Of a stretch of DNA of 64,000 bases, positions 23,916 through 35,955 are shown one piece after another (position 1 is the first letter of the stretch; every line of letters begins with the position of its first letter). The position numbers and the translations under genes were made by a program. The stretch comes from Mobula hypostoma (Eukaryota): contig NC_086097.1 in NCBI RefSeq assembly GCF_963921235.1, forward strand, positions 178,686,001 through 178,750,000, in the 5' to 3' direction. The notes under the pieces are model-generated. The model did not search any database, was not told where the DNA came from, and saw only the letters and a list, made by a program, of their open reading frames with translations.

Positions 23916-24597
23916 ATCCCTTGTCTCATTCTTTGCCCTTTCTCCACTGCAAATTTCTTCCTTGCAAGTACCTGCCCAGCTCCCTTATGAAGTTACCACT
24001 ACAAATAGAACTAGCTTACAGAGGTAACTTGTCAGCATGAACCAGTTGGGCCAAGGAGCCTTTTTTGATGCTGTATTACTTTGACTTAAATTGAATCCAG
24101 CACCTCTTCTCCATCTGGTAGACCTTTAAGACTTTAATTGCTCACTATCTCCTGGTTTATAACTGTTCTATCAATGGGATCAGTATATCTCTTTGTTTCT
24201 CTATACTCTTCAAGGTATGAGATACCTCCATCAGATCTCCTGTCAATCTCCTTTACTCCAATGAGAACCGCACATCTTTCTCCAGTCCATCCATTCAACC
24301 AAAGGCCTTCATCATTCTAATCCTTGTGAGTAGTCATTGTCTTGGTAGGAAGTATTGGCATGATTATGTCAACAATTATTGAGGCTGTACTTGTCTGAAA
24401 TATCCTTCGAAGATTTCACTTGTCCTAGCAGCACAGAGGTTCACCGTGTGGATTTACAAAGCATGGGGAATGTTACAGCAGAGAAATTGAGAACATAAAA
24501 TTAGGAGCAAGAATTGGCCACTCAGCACCTCAAGCCTGTTCTGATATTAATTGTTACCTCAACTCCACTCTCACCAACAATACTCATCTATTCACAT

Positions 24598-24640
24598 TAA
24601 CCAATTTCCCCCGGGATCAATAAAGTATGACTATGACTAT
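24598..24640 (+). mobile_element. About 43-bp stub of the (ATGACT)n-tailed Rex1-type family inside an old CR1
   Basis: aaccaatttcccccgggatcaataaagtatgactatgactat is nearly the reverse complement of 19560-19600. Confidence 0.7.
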
Positions 24641-24834
24641 TTGTCTTCTTAATCTTCAGAGACTCTGCTTCCATCACCACCTTGAGGAAGATGGTTCCAG
24701 ACACTTACAACATACTGAGAAAAAGTATTTTGCTTTATCTCTGTCTTAAGTAGACACAGAGGGCTATCGACTGAATACAGGCAAATTAGATTCATATTGA
24801 AGTGTATTGGCCAGCATGTATGTGGTGGACAAGA

Positions 24835-25400
24835 GTCATAGGTCCAAGGAGTTATACAACTCAGAAACAGCCTAACTGGTCCATGCTAACCACAGCATCA
24901 TCCCTACTAGTCACAGTTGCCCCCCTTTTGGCTCATAACCCTCCAATCCCCTCCCCTCCATGTATCTATCCAAATGCCTCTTATATGTTGCATTTGGACC
25001 CACCTTCACCATTTCCTCTGGCAGTTCATTCCAGGTCCTCACTACCCACGGTGTGAAGTTACCTCTCACGTCTCTTTTAAATCTCTCCCTTCTTATCTTG
25101 TATCTGTGCCCTCTAGTTTTGGACTTCCCAACACTGCCGTTCACCTTATCCATACCCCCACATGATTTGATAAACTTTTGTGGGGTATCGTTCTCCATGC
25201 TCCAAGGAATAAAGATGTGGTACGGCCAACTTCTCCCTGTTAGTTAGGCCCTCTGCTCCAGGCATCATCCTTATAAATCCCTTCTGCACACTCCCTAACT
25301 TGACAAAGTGTTTTCGATAACAGAGTGACCGAAGCTGTACACAGTACTCCAAATGCAGCCCCACCAACAGCTTCTGTAACTGTAATATAATGCCAGTGCA
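24835..25400 (-). mobile_element. CR1 3' fragment
   Basis: LHLEYCVQL, KTRGHRYKIR, WNELPEE motifs. Confidence 0.8.
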
Positions 25401-25519
25401 CCAAAATGTCCTGCCTGGTCCTGTTTCTGTGCTGTACAAATCCACGACTCTATTAAATAGATAGCACTTTATTTTTAAACTTAAGAGTACCGTATTTTAA
25501 TTTAAGATTTTGACTTGGT

Positions 25520-26085
25520 ATGTCCCCTTCAACCATCGTCATCAGTTTTTACACACCCACCACAGAAAGCATCTGAATTGGACTCATCATGCAGCTGTTC
25601 TGTCCAAGACCACAAGAAACTGCAGTAAGTTGTGGACACGGCTCAGCTCATCATGGAAACCAGTCTGTCTCCATGGAGCCTGTCTACTTTTCTTGCTGCC
25701 TCAGTAAAGAAGCCCACAGGGTACAAGGCCCCGCCTGCCAGACATTCTGTCTTCTCCCCTCTCCCATAGGCAGAAGATTCAAAAGCCTGTAAGTATGTGC
25801 TACCAGGTTCAAGAAGAGCTTCTGTCCCACTGTTCTAAGCCAATGGAATGGTTTCCTAATATGATGAGATGTACTGGACCTTATATCATCTTGCTATGGC
25901 CTTGCACTTTATTGCCTACCTGTTCTGCATTTCCTCAGTAACTATAACATTGGACTCTGCATTCTGTTACCTCTCTTCCTCTGTACTATTTCAATGCATC
26001 AATGTGGTGAAATGATCTGTCGAGATGGAATAAAAAGTTTATCACTGTATCTCGGTACACATACTGTAACAATAACACAGCAGTT
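25520..26085 (+). mobile_element. Rex1/Babar-type 3' fragment
   Basis: aagaaactgcagtaagttgtggacacggctcag..CCLSK..GRRFKSL; 3' UTR like 17060-17290. Confidence 0.7.
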
Positions 26086-26109
26086 AATTAGATACTGGGA
26101 ACTTTAGGT

Positions 26110-26790
26110 CAATAAAGCTTAAAAGGATGAAAGGTGGTCAGGTTGAAACATACCAAATTCCTGAGGGCGATTGTTACAAGATTAGGGAGTAGTTATTTAC
26201 AGCTAAGTTCATAGGTTGGAGAGGGAGGTGAATTTCTGGAATTCTTTACTCTGGAGTGCTTTGGATGCTGGATCACTGGGGCTATCTGAAGCCCAAGTTG
26301 TTCTGTTTTGGAAAGATTAGGGAATTGAGGGCTTTGGAGAACTGGCACACAGAAGGCAATAAATCTTTCAGCAAATCAACATTGGTCACGTTGAAAGGAG
26401 AGGCAGGCATGGACCGTTGAATGGCCTACTCCTTCTCCTGTTCTTGCTTTCCAGTGTCTTTGACAGGTTAGCTTCAGTGAGAGAGATTCCCCAGCATGAA
26501 AATATAGACGTGGGTGGTCAGAGTCAAGGAAAAAGCGCCAGTAAGCATGTAGATGTGGAGGATGTTCTTCTCTCAGAAGGTTGTGGATCTTTGGAATTCC
26601 ATATTCCCCGGAGCTGTTGGCAATGAGTCATTCAGTGTATTTAAAGTTGGGATCAAAGCATATTTAGAACCTAGGGGACTTCTGCAGTTAGTAGCTGGAG
26701 TGGAGAAGGAGGACCAGGTTGAGGATCTTATTCAATGGGATTGCAGGCAAAAGGGGACAAACTGGCTCCTCTATGCCTGCTACTGAAGCT
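26110..26790 (+). mobile_element. Two very old CR1 3' fragments
   Basis: FFSQKVVDLWNS motif and aatggcctactccttctcctg-type tail. Confidence 0.55.
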
Positions 26791-27340
26791 TCGTTTGAAG
26801 TATAGGCCCTTCAACAGTGGAGAGACTTGTGTATGAACCTGATTCCAGCAATAGGACTCTGAGGAACTGCCTCCACACGCAAACACTCTGTTTGTCTTGG
26901 CTTTGGCTTCAACACATCAGGACACCACGTTGAACACTCGAGAGCTCTTCCACCCCGCAGACATTTCCTGCACCATCTGGTTTAATATTCTGGTCTCCAT
27001 ATTGCAAAGAGAAAAAGATATTTACTCAGGCAAATGGAGAGCAGTTAACTATTCAAAGGGGATTTCACAGAATGAAGTTAGAAAGTAGGCTTGCTGTTCA
27101 ATCAAAACAGAGACTGGTGAACCTCTGAACATTGATAGAAGGTCAACCATGATTGCGAAGAATGGCAGGGCAGATTGAAAGGACTGAATGGCCTTTTTCT
27201 GCTACTACTTCCAGTGTAAGACTGAGGGGTTCACACAATACGGCTCTACAAGATAATGGGGGCATCGATGGGTTGGACAGGTAGGAGATTCATAGTAGAG
27301 ACGAGAATTGAGTGTAATGATAAGTATTAGTTGGACACTC

Positions 27341-29168
27341 AAAGTTCAAAGTAAATTTATTATCAAAGTACATGTATGTCACCATATACAACCCTGAGAT
27401 TCATTTTCCTGTGGGCATACTCAATAAATCCATATTAGAATAATAACCATAATAGACTCAATGAAAGACTGCACAAACTTGAGCGTTCAACCAGTGTGGA
27501 AAACACAAAAATTGCAAGTACAAAGTGAAAGAAATAACAATTAAATAAATAGATAGATAGATATCAAGAACATGAAACGAAAATTCCTGGAAATGAGTCC
27601 ATAGGTTGTGGGACCAGTTCAGTGATGGGGCAAGTGAAGCTGAGTGAAGTTAATCCCTTTGGTTTAAGAGCGTGATGGCTGAGGGATAATAACTGTTCCT
27701 GATCCTGGTGGTGTGAGTCCTGAGGCTGCTGTACCTTCTTTCTGATTGCAGCAGTGAAAACGGAGCATTACCTGATGATGCAAGCAGTTTTCCTGCGACA
27801 ACGCTCTGTGTAGATGTGCTCAGCTGTGCAGAGGGCTTTACCGTGATGCACTGGGCCGTATCCACTACCTTTCGGAGCATTTTCCATTCATTGGCGTTAG
27901 TGTTTCCATGCCAGGCTGTGATGTTGTCAGTCAGTATACTCTCTACCACACATTTATAGAAGTTTGTCAGAGTTTTAGATGACATGCATTTACGTGCTGG
28001 ACCCAGGACGGTTCTTCCAAAATGATAACACCAAGGAAATTAAAGTTGCTGACCCTCTCTACCTCTGATCCTCTGATGAGAGAGGCTCGTGGACCTCTGG
28101 TTTCCTCCTCCTGAAGTCAATAATCAGCTCCGTGGTCTTGCTGACATTGGGTGAGAGGTTGTTGTTGTGGCATCACTCAGCCAGATTTTCTACCTGTTAT
28201 ATGCTGGTTCACCACCACCTTTGATTCGGCAAACAATAGCGATGTCATCACCAAATTTAGATTGGATTAGATTAGATTAAATTCAACTTTATTGTCATTG
28301 TGCTGAGTTCAGATACAAAGCCAATGAAATGCAGTTAGCATCTGACCAGAAATGCAAAGCATAGTGTTATTTACAAAATAATTGCGAATAAAAAGTAAGT
28401 GCTACAGCACACAAATATAAAAGTACTGAGACAGTACAATATGGGTGCAATACTGCTTAGCGCTGTGATGTGCGGTTTAGCAGGGTCACAGCCTCAGGGA
28501 AGAAGCTCTTCCTGTGCCTGTTGGTACAGGAGTGGGAGGAAAGTAAAAAGTCCATGGTTAGGGTGAGATGCATCCTTGATAATGCTTTGTGCCCTGCCCA
28601 GGCACCGTTTATGGTAGATGTTCTCAATGGTGGGCAATTGGGTGCCGATAATCCGCTGGGCAGTTTTCACCACATGCTGGAGTGCTTTGCGGTCCGATAT
28701 GGGACAATTGCCATACCACACTGAGATGCAGTTGGTGAGTCTGCTCTCAATGGTACAGCGGTAAAAGCCCATGAGTATCCTGGGACAGAGGTGAGCTTTC
28801 TTGAAGCTCTGCAGGAAATAAAGGCACTGTTGCGCCTTTTTGATCAGGATGGAGGAGTTCAGGGACCAGGTGAGATCCTCGGAAATGTGGACACCAAGGA
28901 ATCTGAAGCTTGATAGGCGCTCCACTACAGCTCCGTTGATGTAGATGGGAACGTGAGTGTGACTGCTAGCATGCCTGAAGTCCACAATGATATGGCATTG
29001 GAACTGTATTTAGCCACACAGTCATAAGTGTAAAGTGAGTCGAGTCGGCGGCTAAGCACACAACCTTGTGGTGCACCTGTGCTAATGGAGACTGTGGAGG
29101 AGATATTGTTGCCAATCCGAACTAACTGGGGCCTGCAACTGAAAAAAACCGAGGATCCAATTGCACTT
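27341..29168 (-). mobile_element. Rex1/Babar-type LINE (RT + 3' end) interrupted by a younger relative
   Basis: STGAPQGCVLS..YTYDCVA (29010-29100) and FYKCVVESILT..AWHGN (27880-27970); (aaagttc) tail. Confidence 0.85.
28256..28989 (-). mobile_element. Younger Rex1/Babar-type LINE fragment with (CTAAT)n tail
   Basis: Open 163-aa ORF: FRFLGVHISEDLTW..KKAQQ.LYFL..FYRCTIES..WYGNC..DRKALQ; (attag)n at 28256-28280. Confidence 0.88.
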
Positions 29169-30599
29169 GTGAGTCCTGATGGGAAGTAGTGGGTTTCTTT
29201 TCCCCAGTGAATAGTAGGAATCTGGAATTCACTCACGTGGGGAGGAGTCAATGTGAGCAGTTTGGATGAATCTATGGGCAAGCTGGATAAACACATAAGG
29301 GAGAGAAGGAAATAAGAAGAGAAATGCTGGAAACGCTTATTGGGTGTGGCAGCATCTGTGGTGAGAGAAGTAGTGTTGGTGTTTCAGGTCAGAGTCAGAA
29401 TCAGGTTATTTTTCTCTGACATATGACATGAAATTTCTAGTTTAGTGGCAGCAGTACAGTACAAAGGCATAAAATCACTATAAATTACAAAAATAATTGC
29501 AAAAGAGTAGCAGGACTGGCCAGAATTGGGTCACATTGGCATTGGCTCAGGTTGGGTTAATTTGGAATTTGCTCAAGTTTGGCTGGTCTGGGACTAGTCA
29601 GGGGATCAGGTTGGGTCGGAATTGTTCGTGCTTAGGCATCGGGTGGGATTTTAATTTCATTCCCACCCAACCCACTGTCTCCAAAATTTCTCTACTGCCG
29701 TTACCATGATTGGGAAGGAGAGTGGTCTGTCACATCGCACTACCTGGTGACATCGTCGAGTAATAGAAGCACGTTTCCTTCTACTGGTTTGTCATTCCCT
29801 TTGATCAGAAAGAACAAATGAAAGGGAGCATTTTTCAAGCGTCTCATTATCACAAGGCAGGCTTGGCAGTCTCAAAGCTGCCTTGCTGTCTAGAGACACA
29901 TATTATGACCGAGTTCACGTTGGTTGAAAAGGTACAATTGGATCAAGATGAGGATAAACTCCGCCCAGCCCTCTCTCTCTCTGTCTGTGCCTTTCTGTAT
30001 AACACTGCAGTGATGCACAGAGACCCGATGGGTTTGAGAGGTTGCAGTGCTTAGCTCTGCATGACTGGTTCCTGCTGCTCTTCCACAATCAGTGCAGAAG
30101 GTCGAGGTCATTAATCCCTCCCACTCTCTCTGCGCCTTCATTTGCAAGCTCGCCCCAGATATGTGAGTTATGAAATGTGAAAGCTTTGATGCCCTGCTTC
30201 AGGATGGCTTTGCTGCAGAATTTTAACAAGCTGGTAAAGCCTCTCAGTCCAGTTTTACAAGAATTCTTAAAATAAGATGACAAACAGGCTTTATTATCAC
30301 GTGGGGGCAACAGTATGGCAATGAAGTCTGTAATGACTCGGGTTTCTGTGGCAACTTTAACATCAGCTCCAGAAGGTATGATCACCATTACAGGAAACAA
30401 GATTGCCAAATTTCTACACAGCAAGCTCCCACAGTAGGCAACTTGAGTCCCATCAGTCGATAAGCACTTGAACAAGCATGGAGCTGCTTCATAAAGCCAT
30501 TGCTGCATCTTCAACATGCATTTGAAGGATCAGACAGGGCTTCAGTTTAAAATGTGAGGTGAAACTCGGCCCTTCCAAACCTCTGCACAGCTGACATGA

Positions 30600-30930
30600 G
30601 ACTTCCCTAATCTTATACTGAATCATCTTTGTCATGAAGGCCGAAGATCCATTTCCCTGCTTAATTACTCACTGTACTCGAATGCTAACTTTGTATACCC
30701 AATGCACAAGGACCTCTGGATTCCTCTGGTATCCTCATTTTCCTATACTCCAGTGAAAAATATCTCAACCCTCTCAACCTTTCTCCAGAACTCAGTCTTT
30801 CAAGTCCTGGCAACATGCTCATAAAACTCCTCCACACTCTTTCCAGATTAATGACATCTGCCCTTTAGCAGGGTGACCAAAACTGAATGACGTATTCCAA
30901 ATGCAGCCTCATCAACAAATTGTATATAGT
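30600..30930 (-). mobile_element. Old CR1 fragment
   Basis: gtcctggcaacatgctcataaaactcctcc..ggtgaccaaaactgaa..tattccaaatgcagcct (HLEY..QFWSP on minus). Confidence 0.6.
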
Positions 30931-31248
30931 CACAGGACTGTACAACACAGAAACAGACACGTCACTGAACAGAATCTCTGCCAACTTTCAACCACCCATT
31001 TACTCAGCCCATTTATTCTCCCCACATCAACAAAAATGATTCCATCATTCCTACATGCTGGGGACAATTTACAGCAAGAAATGAATCCAGCAACGGCCAT
31101 TTCTTTGGATGTGGAAGGAAACGAGAGCACTCAGGGAAACCGCCAGAGTCATAGGGAAAGTGAGCAAACTCCACACAGAGTGCACCAGAGGTCTGGACAG
31201 AACTTGGGTAAAGGAACAGTTCTATCTCCCATGCCACTGCACCATCCA
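30931..31248 (-). mobile_element. HE1-like V-SINE with CR1-like 3' tail
   Basis: Minus strand ctctgtgtggagtttgctcactttccctatgac..gagtgctctcgtttccttccacatccaaaga V core; tail tacaacacagaaacag shared with CR1 3' ends. Confidence 0.75.
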
Positions 31249-34200
31249 CTCCTACCAAAGTTAATGTTAACATATCCCTTGTTATATTCCAAATGTCCCA
31301 CAGTTCCCCCACATCCCTCTTCTGTCTTGTATCCTCATAACCTTTCTAGCCATTTTTCTGAATGGCCTAAATCTGCACCTGTACCTCTTGGCCTATCATG
31401 AACAAACATGTCTGCAGTGCACGCCCTTCATCTAAGTCATTGATGGAGATTGATAAAGGGCCTTTGATTCTGTTCCTCTCCTCAGATGCTGCCTGACATA
31501 CTGAGCGTTTCTAGCATCCTGTGCTTTAGGTTTGACGCATCGTTGAAGCTTTCTCTTCCAAGTAACATTTGAAAGGAAGGCTGTGGATTTACAACATCAC
31601 CTGACCAATGCTTAACCCTCAGAAGCTTCGGCATGTAGCAGACTGTCTGGCCATCCATTGTTGCCATTGGTGGGAGCTTGTTGTGTCCAAGTTGGCTGCT
31701 GCAGTTCCTGCATTTCAAAAGTGACTAATCTTCAAGAGAGAAAATAAGTACAGTGAACTTCAGTTAATTGGTCCATCAGTCAATTGAGGCAGCTGCTTAT
31801 TTAGGACAACTCTTTAAAAACAAAAACTAATCAAGAAAATATCCAGGATTCCCTTAGTTTATTTGCGACCCTTTGCTGCTGAGTTGAGACATGAGACTGC
31901 TGCCAAACAGTTTCTAGCAAGCATCAGTCACATGATTTTTTGTGGCTCTTGGACACTACATCATGCTTAGATCAAACAGTTTTTAAATAGAGTCATTTAC
32001 ATGTGTTTGTGTTCAAACGCAGTAATTTTTTGTCACTGATAGTTGGTGAGAAATAATCAGTAAGAAAATTCAGAACGGCTTTGCTCACTGAGGTTTCAAG
32101 TATTCTGGCTAAGATGCCAGAAACAGCCGGAAGTGAAAATGAAAAAAAATTCATTACTTTAACAAGTTAGGAACTACAAAGAATTTGAACGTATTGACAT
32201 TCATCTTGAATGTTACAATGAAAATGAAGATTTGGAGGATGTAATCATCAAAAGCATTGTATGAAGGCAGTCCATTATCTGAACTTAATTTGTTCATTTA
32301 CAGTCAATGAAAAGAAAATAGCGGTGTCTTGGTTGTTCGTCATATACAATGATGACAGTGAAACCTGTGCAGATGAGCTTTTAAAGTGTAAAAGGCACTG
32401 CACTTGACGGTTCCACTCTCTCAACCTTGGAAGTCTGGGACCAGTGGTACGAGTAGTCGTCACAAAGTGTCTGTATCGCACCGGGGTATAAGGCCAGCCA
32501 GCTACAGAAATTCTGCCCCATCCTTGTTCTAAGTGGATATCTCTCTGGTCTGAGTCTGTGCCTCTGGTCCTGGACTCACCTCACCCACTATGGGAAACAT
32601 CTTTTCCACATCCACTCGATCACTCAATCTGGACCTTCAATATTCGATTGTTTTCAATGACATCCCCCCCACCCCCACATTCTTCTGAACTCCAGCAACT
32701 ACAGGCCCAGAGCCATCAAATGCTCCTCATATATTAACCCTTTCATTCCTGAAATCATTCTCATGAGCCTTCTCTGGACCCTCTCCAATGCCAACACATC
32801 TTTTCTTAGAAAAGGGTCCCAACACTGCTCACAATACTCCAAGTGTGGTATGACCAATCCAGTATAAAGCTTCGGCTTTACATCCTTGCTCTTATATTCT
32901 AGTCCTCTCGAAATGAAAGCTAATTTTGCATTTGACTTCCTTACCACCAACTCAACTTGCAAGTTAGCCTTTCGGGAATTGTAAGCAAGTACTCCCAAGT
33001 CCCTTTGCACATCCAACTATAGAATTTTCTCCCTGTTCAGAAAATAGTCTATGCCTTAATTCCTTCCCCTAGTGTGCATGACGACACATTTCCCTACACT
33101 ATGTTCCATCTGCCACTTCTTTCCCCATTCTCCCAATCTGTCTAATTTCTTCTGCTTCCTCAACACTACTTGCCACCTCACCTATCCTTACATCGTCCAC
33201 AAACTGGGCCAAAAAGCCATCAATTCCATCATCCAAATCATTCATTTATAACGTGAAAAGAAGAGGTCCTAACCACGACCCCTGCGGAGCACCACTGGTC
33301 GCTGACAGCCAACCAGAAAAAGCTCCCTTTGTTTCCACTCTTTGCCTCTTGCCAGTCAGCCAATGCTCTATCCATGCCAGTATCTTTCCTGTAATACCAC
33401 AAGCTCTTAATCTTGTCAAGCAGCCTCATGTGTGGCATCTTGTCAAGGCCTTCTGTAAATGAAGTAAACAACATACAATGATTCTCCTTTGCCTGTCCTG
33501 CTTGTTATTTCTTCAAAGAATTCCAACAGATTTGTCAGACAAGATTTCCTCTTAAGGAAACCGTGCTGAATTGGGCCACTTTATCATGTGCCTCCATGTA
33601 TCCTGAGACCTCATACTTAATACTAGACTCCTATGTCTTCCCAAGCACAGAAGCAGGCTAAATAGCCTACAACTTCCTTTCTTCTGCCTCCCTAACTTCT
33701 TCAGGAGTGGAGTGACATTTGCAGTTTTCCAGTTCTCCAGAACCATTCCAGAATCTAGTGATCCTTGGAGGTTCATTACAAGTGCCACCACAACAACTTC
33801 AGCTGTCTGATTCAGAGCCCTGGGGTGTGGTCCATCTGGTCCAGGTGAATTACCTGCCTTAAGACCTTTCATCTTTCATCTTGCCGAGCACCTTCTCCTT
33901 AGTAATAGCAACAGCACTCACTTCTGCTCCCTGACACTCTTGACTTCTGGCTGCTCCCCCTCCCCCTTTAGAATGCTGTGGGGCCAATCCGAGTCATCCC
34001 AGACCCTGGCACCTGGGAGGCAATATACTATCTGGGTGTCTTTTTCACATCCACAGAACCTCTTGTCTGCTCCCCTGTGGAATCGCCTATCGCTACTGCA
34101 CTCCCCTTCTGAGACACAGAACCGGACTCGGTACCAGAGACAGGCTTGCTGTGGCTTCTCTCTGATAGGTCATCCCCCCAACTGTAACAGAAGTGGTATA

Positions 34201-34464
34201 TTTAATATTGAGGGGAGTGGTAACAAGGGTACTCTGCATTGACTGTCTATTCCCTTTCCTTCTCTTGACAGTCATTCAGATACCTGCCTCCTGCAACTTA
34301 GGGCTGAGTTCTTCTCTGTAACTCCTGGCTATCATTTTCTCCTTCTCCCATCTGAGCCGAAGGTCGTTGAGCTGCAGCTCCAGTTCCTTAACCCAGTCTC
34401 TTAGGAGCTGCAGCTTGGTGCACTTCATGCAGATATAGTTATCAGGGAGATTGGAGGTCTCCCA

Positions 34465-34612
34465 AAGTTCCTGGAAAGTTACTTATATCAGATTTCATTC
34501 TAATATTTGGTCTGAACAGTAGTTGAACCTCTTGACCATGCCTGCATGCATTTAGACATTGAATTGCTGCCACATAATTGACTGATTAGATATTTGCATT
34601 AATGAGCAGGTG
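34465..34612 (+). mobile_element. Tc1-like subterminal fragment between 37-bp direct repeats
   Basis: gctgccacataattgactgattagatatttgcattaatgagcaggtgt resembles fish/ray Tc1 MITE ends (from memory); no TIR end is present. Confidence 0.45.
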
Positions 34613-34787
34613 TGCAGATGTAGTTATCAGGGAGATTGGAGGTCTCCCAGTATAAGGACCCGTTCTTAGCCCATTAGATATGTACTAACAGAAAGAAAAA
34701 ATCTTATTGGAAACTTAATTAGGACTTTCACCTGTGCTTGCCCAAGCCTATTGAGCCAACGCTGGAGCACTCTAACATTGTCCCACT

Positions 34788-35140
34788 CAAACAATGCCCG
34801 CTCTGCTTACACTTCTTTTCTTTTTATTGGCTCAAACAATGATTCACTCCTGATAACTTTTAGTTTTCAAATGGCTCCTGCCTTGCAAGATGTTGTTCTC
34901 TCACTCAATATTTCAAACAATGACTCACTCCCAATGAGACCTGCAGCTTTCAAATGGCTTTCATCATGCAAGACATCACTCACCCACTCACTCCTGATGA
35001 GACTTGCAATTTACAAATGGCTCCCATCCGACAAGATGTCACTCTCTCACTCGCTACTTCGAACAGTGGTTCACTCTCAATGGAATTTGAAGTTTTCAAA
35101 TGACTTGTGCTCTGCAAGATTTTGCTCTCTCATTCATACA
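34788..35140. repeat. Degenerate tandem array of about four 65-80-bp units at the CR1 5' end
   Basis: Repeated caaacaatga.tcactcc..caaatggct..gcaagatgt..ctctc.cactc units starting near 34833, 34915, 34985 and 35059. Confidence 0.65.
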
Positions 35141-35299
35141 AGGCAGTGTACACCTGAATTTGTCTATTGATAGCTGTCAGGAACTAATGCATAGTTTTAT
35201 AATACTGTAGTGGCACTGGCAGTGTTCTAATTTCTTCTGTATTTCATTTAAATACATAACTTGTCACTCATTTAGAGGGTAGTTTGTCTTTTTATACTC

Positions 35300-35955
35300 A
35301 GCTCGTGAGAAGCTAGCCATCAGTAGCTTACACCACAGAGGACAGGTTGCTGCAGCTACTGTGCTAGACAAAATGCATACAAGCCACAGCCCTGCAGACC
35401 CTCTCGCCATGCTGCCTTCACCTTATGAGAGACGGCGCACCACATGATCAAGTTTATCTGTGCCTGCTCATGCTGTTTCTATGCCTGATGCGAGAACCTA
35501 CACACTGGATAGAAGCTTCCTTCACTGTGCTATCAGACTTTGGAACAGCCTTCCAGATGCTGTGGTTGGAAACATCTGCTACGATGGGGTCCAAGCCTTC
35601 AAGAGTCGAGTGCACAAACACCTATCATCTCTGGGAGGGAAGTCACAGGCTTCTTCATAAGCTATCATGAAGGGGACCAGGATGGCAATGCTTGGTTGTT
35701 GGTAGGTAGGGTTAATACCTGACTTCAAGAGCACTCGTGAGTTTTGTTCCAGCTGGACTTTGTCCTTAAACTGCTGGAGAACAGTGCGGAAAGAACAGGT
35801 GCTGTTTTCTCCCGGTAGGGATTAGTTTTTAGTTCCAAGTGCTCCTGCCACGCTTTGTCACCCTGCAACCTTATCCTTCAGTCTCTTTGAATTATGGAGG
35901 ACAGCATGTGTATAAATGTCTCTCTCCAGCAGACTTCATCATGATCATCATGACT
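35300..35955 (+). mobile_element. L2/CR1-group LINE 3' fragment of a distinct family
   Basis: ART..LDRSFLHCAIRLWNSLPDAVV..AFKSRVHKHL, then stop; (cat)-rich tail near 35935-35955. Confidence 0.6.

Larger units (their letters stand above)
32510..35145 (-). mobile_element. Old CR1 with 5' UTR, ORF1 remnant, large internal deletion and RT
   Basis: ORF1 KCTKLQLLRD..ELELQL (34370-34425) and FCG..YCLPGARV esterase motif (34000-34060) joined to SPGPDG.HPR, ENWKTANVTPL and PHLEYCEQ.W. Confidence 0.8.

Noticed and set aside
30089..30517. 142-aa minus-strand ORF in unique DNA
   Set aside because: No recognisable domain or convincing splice signals; length is compatible with chance
34788..35140. Repeat-spacer look suggesting CRISPR
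   Set aside because: Whole units are homologous, there are no unique spacers or cas genes, and the context is vertebrate TE
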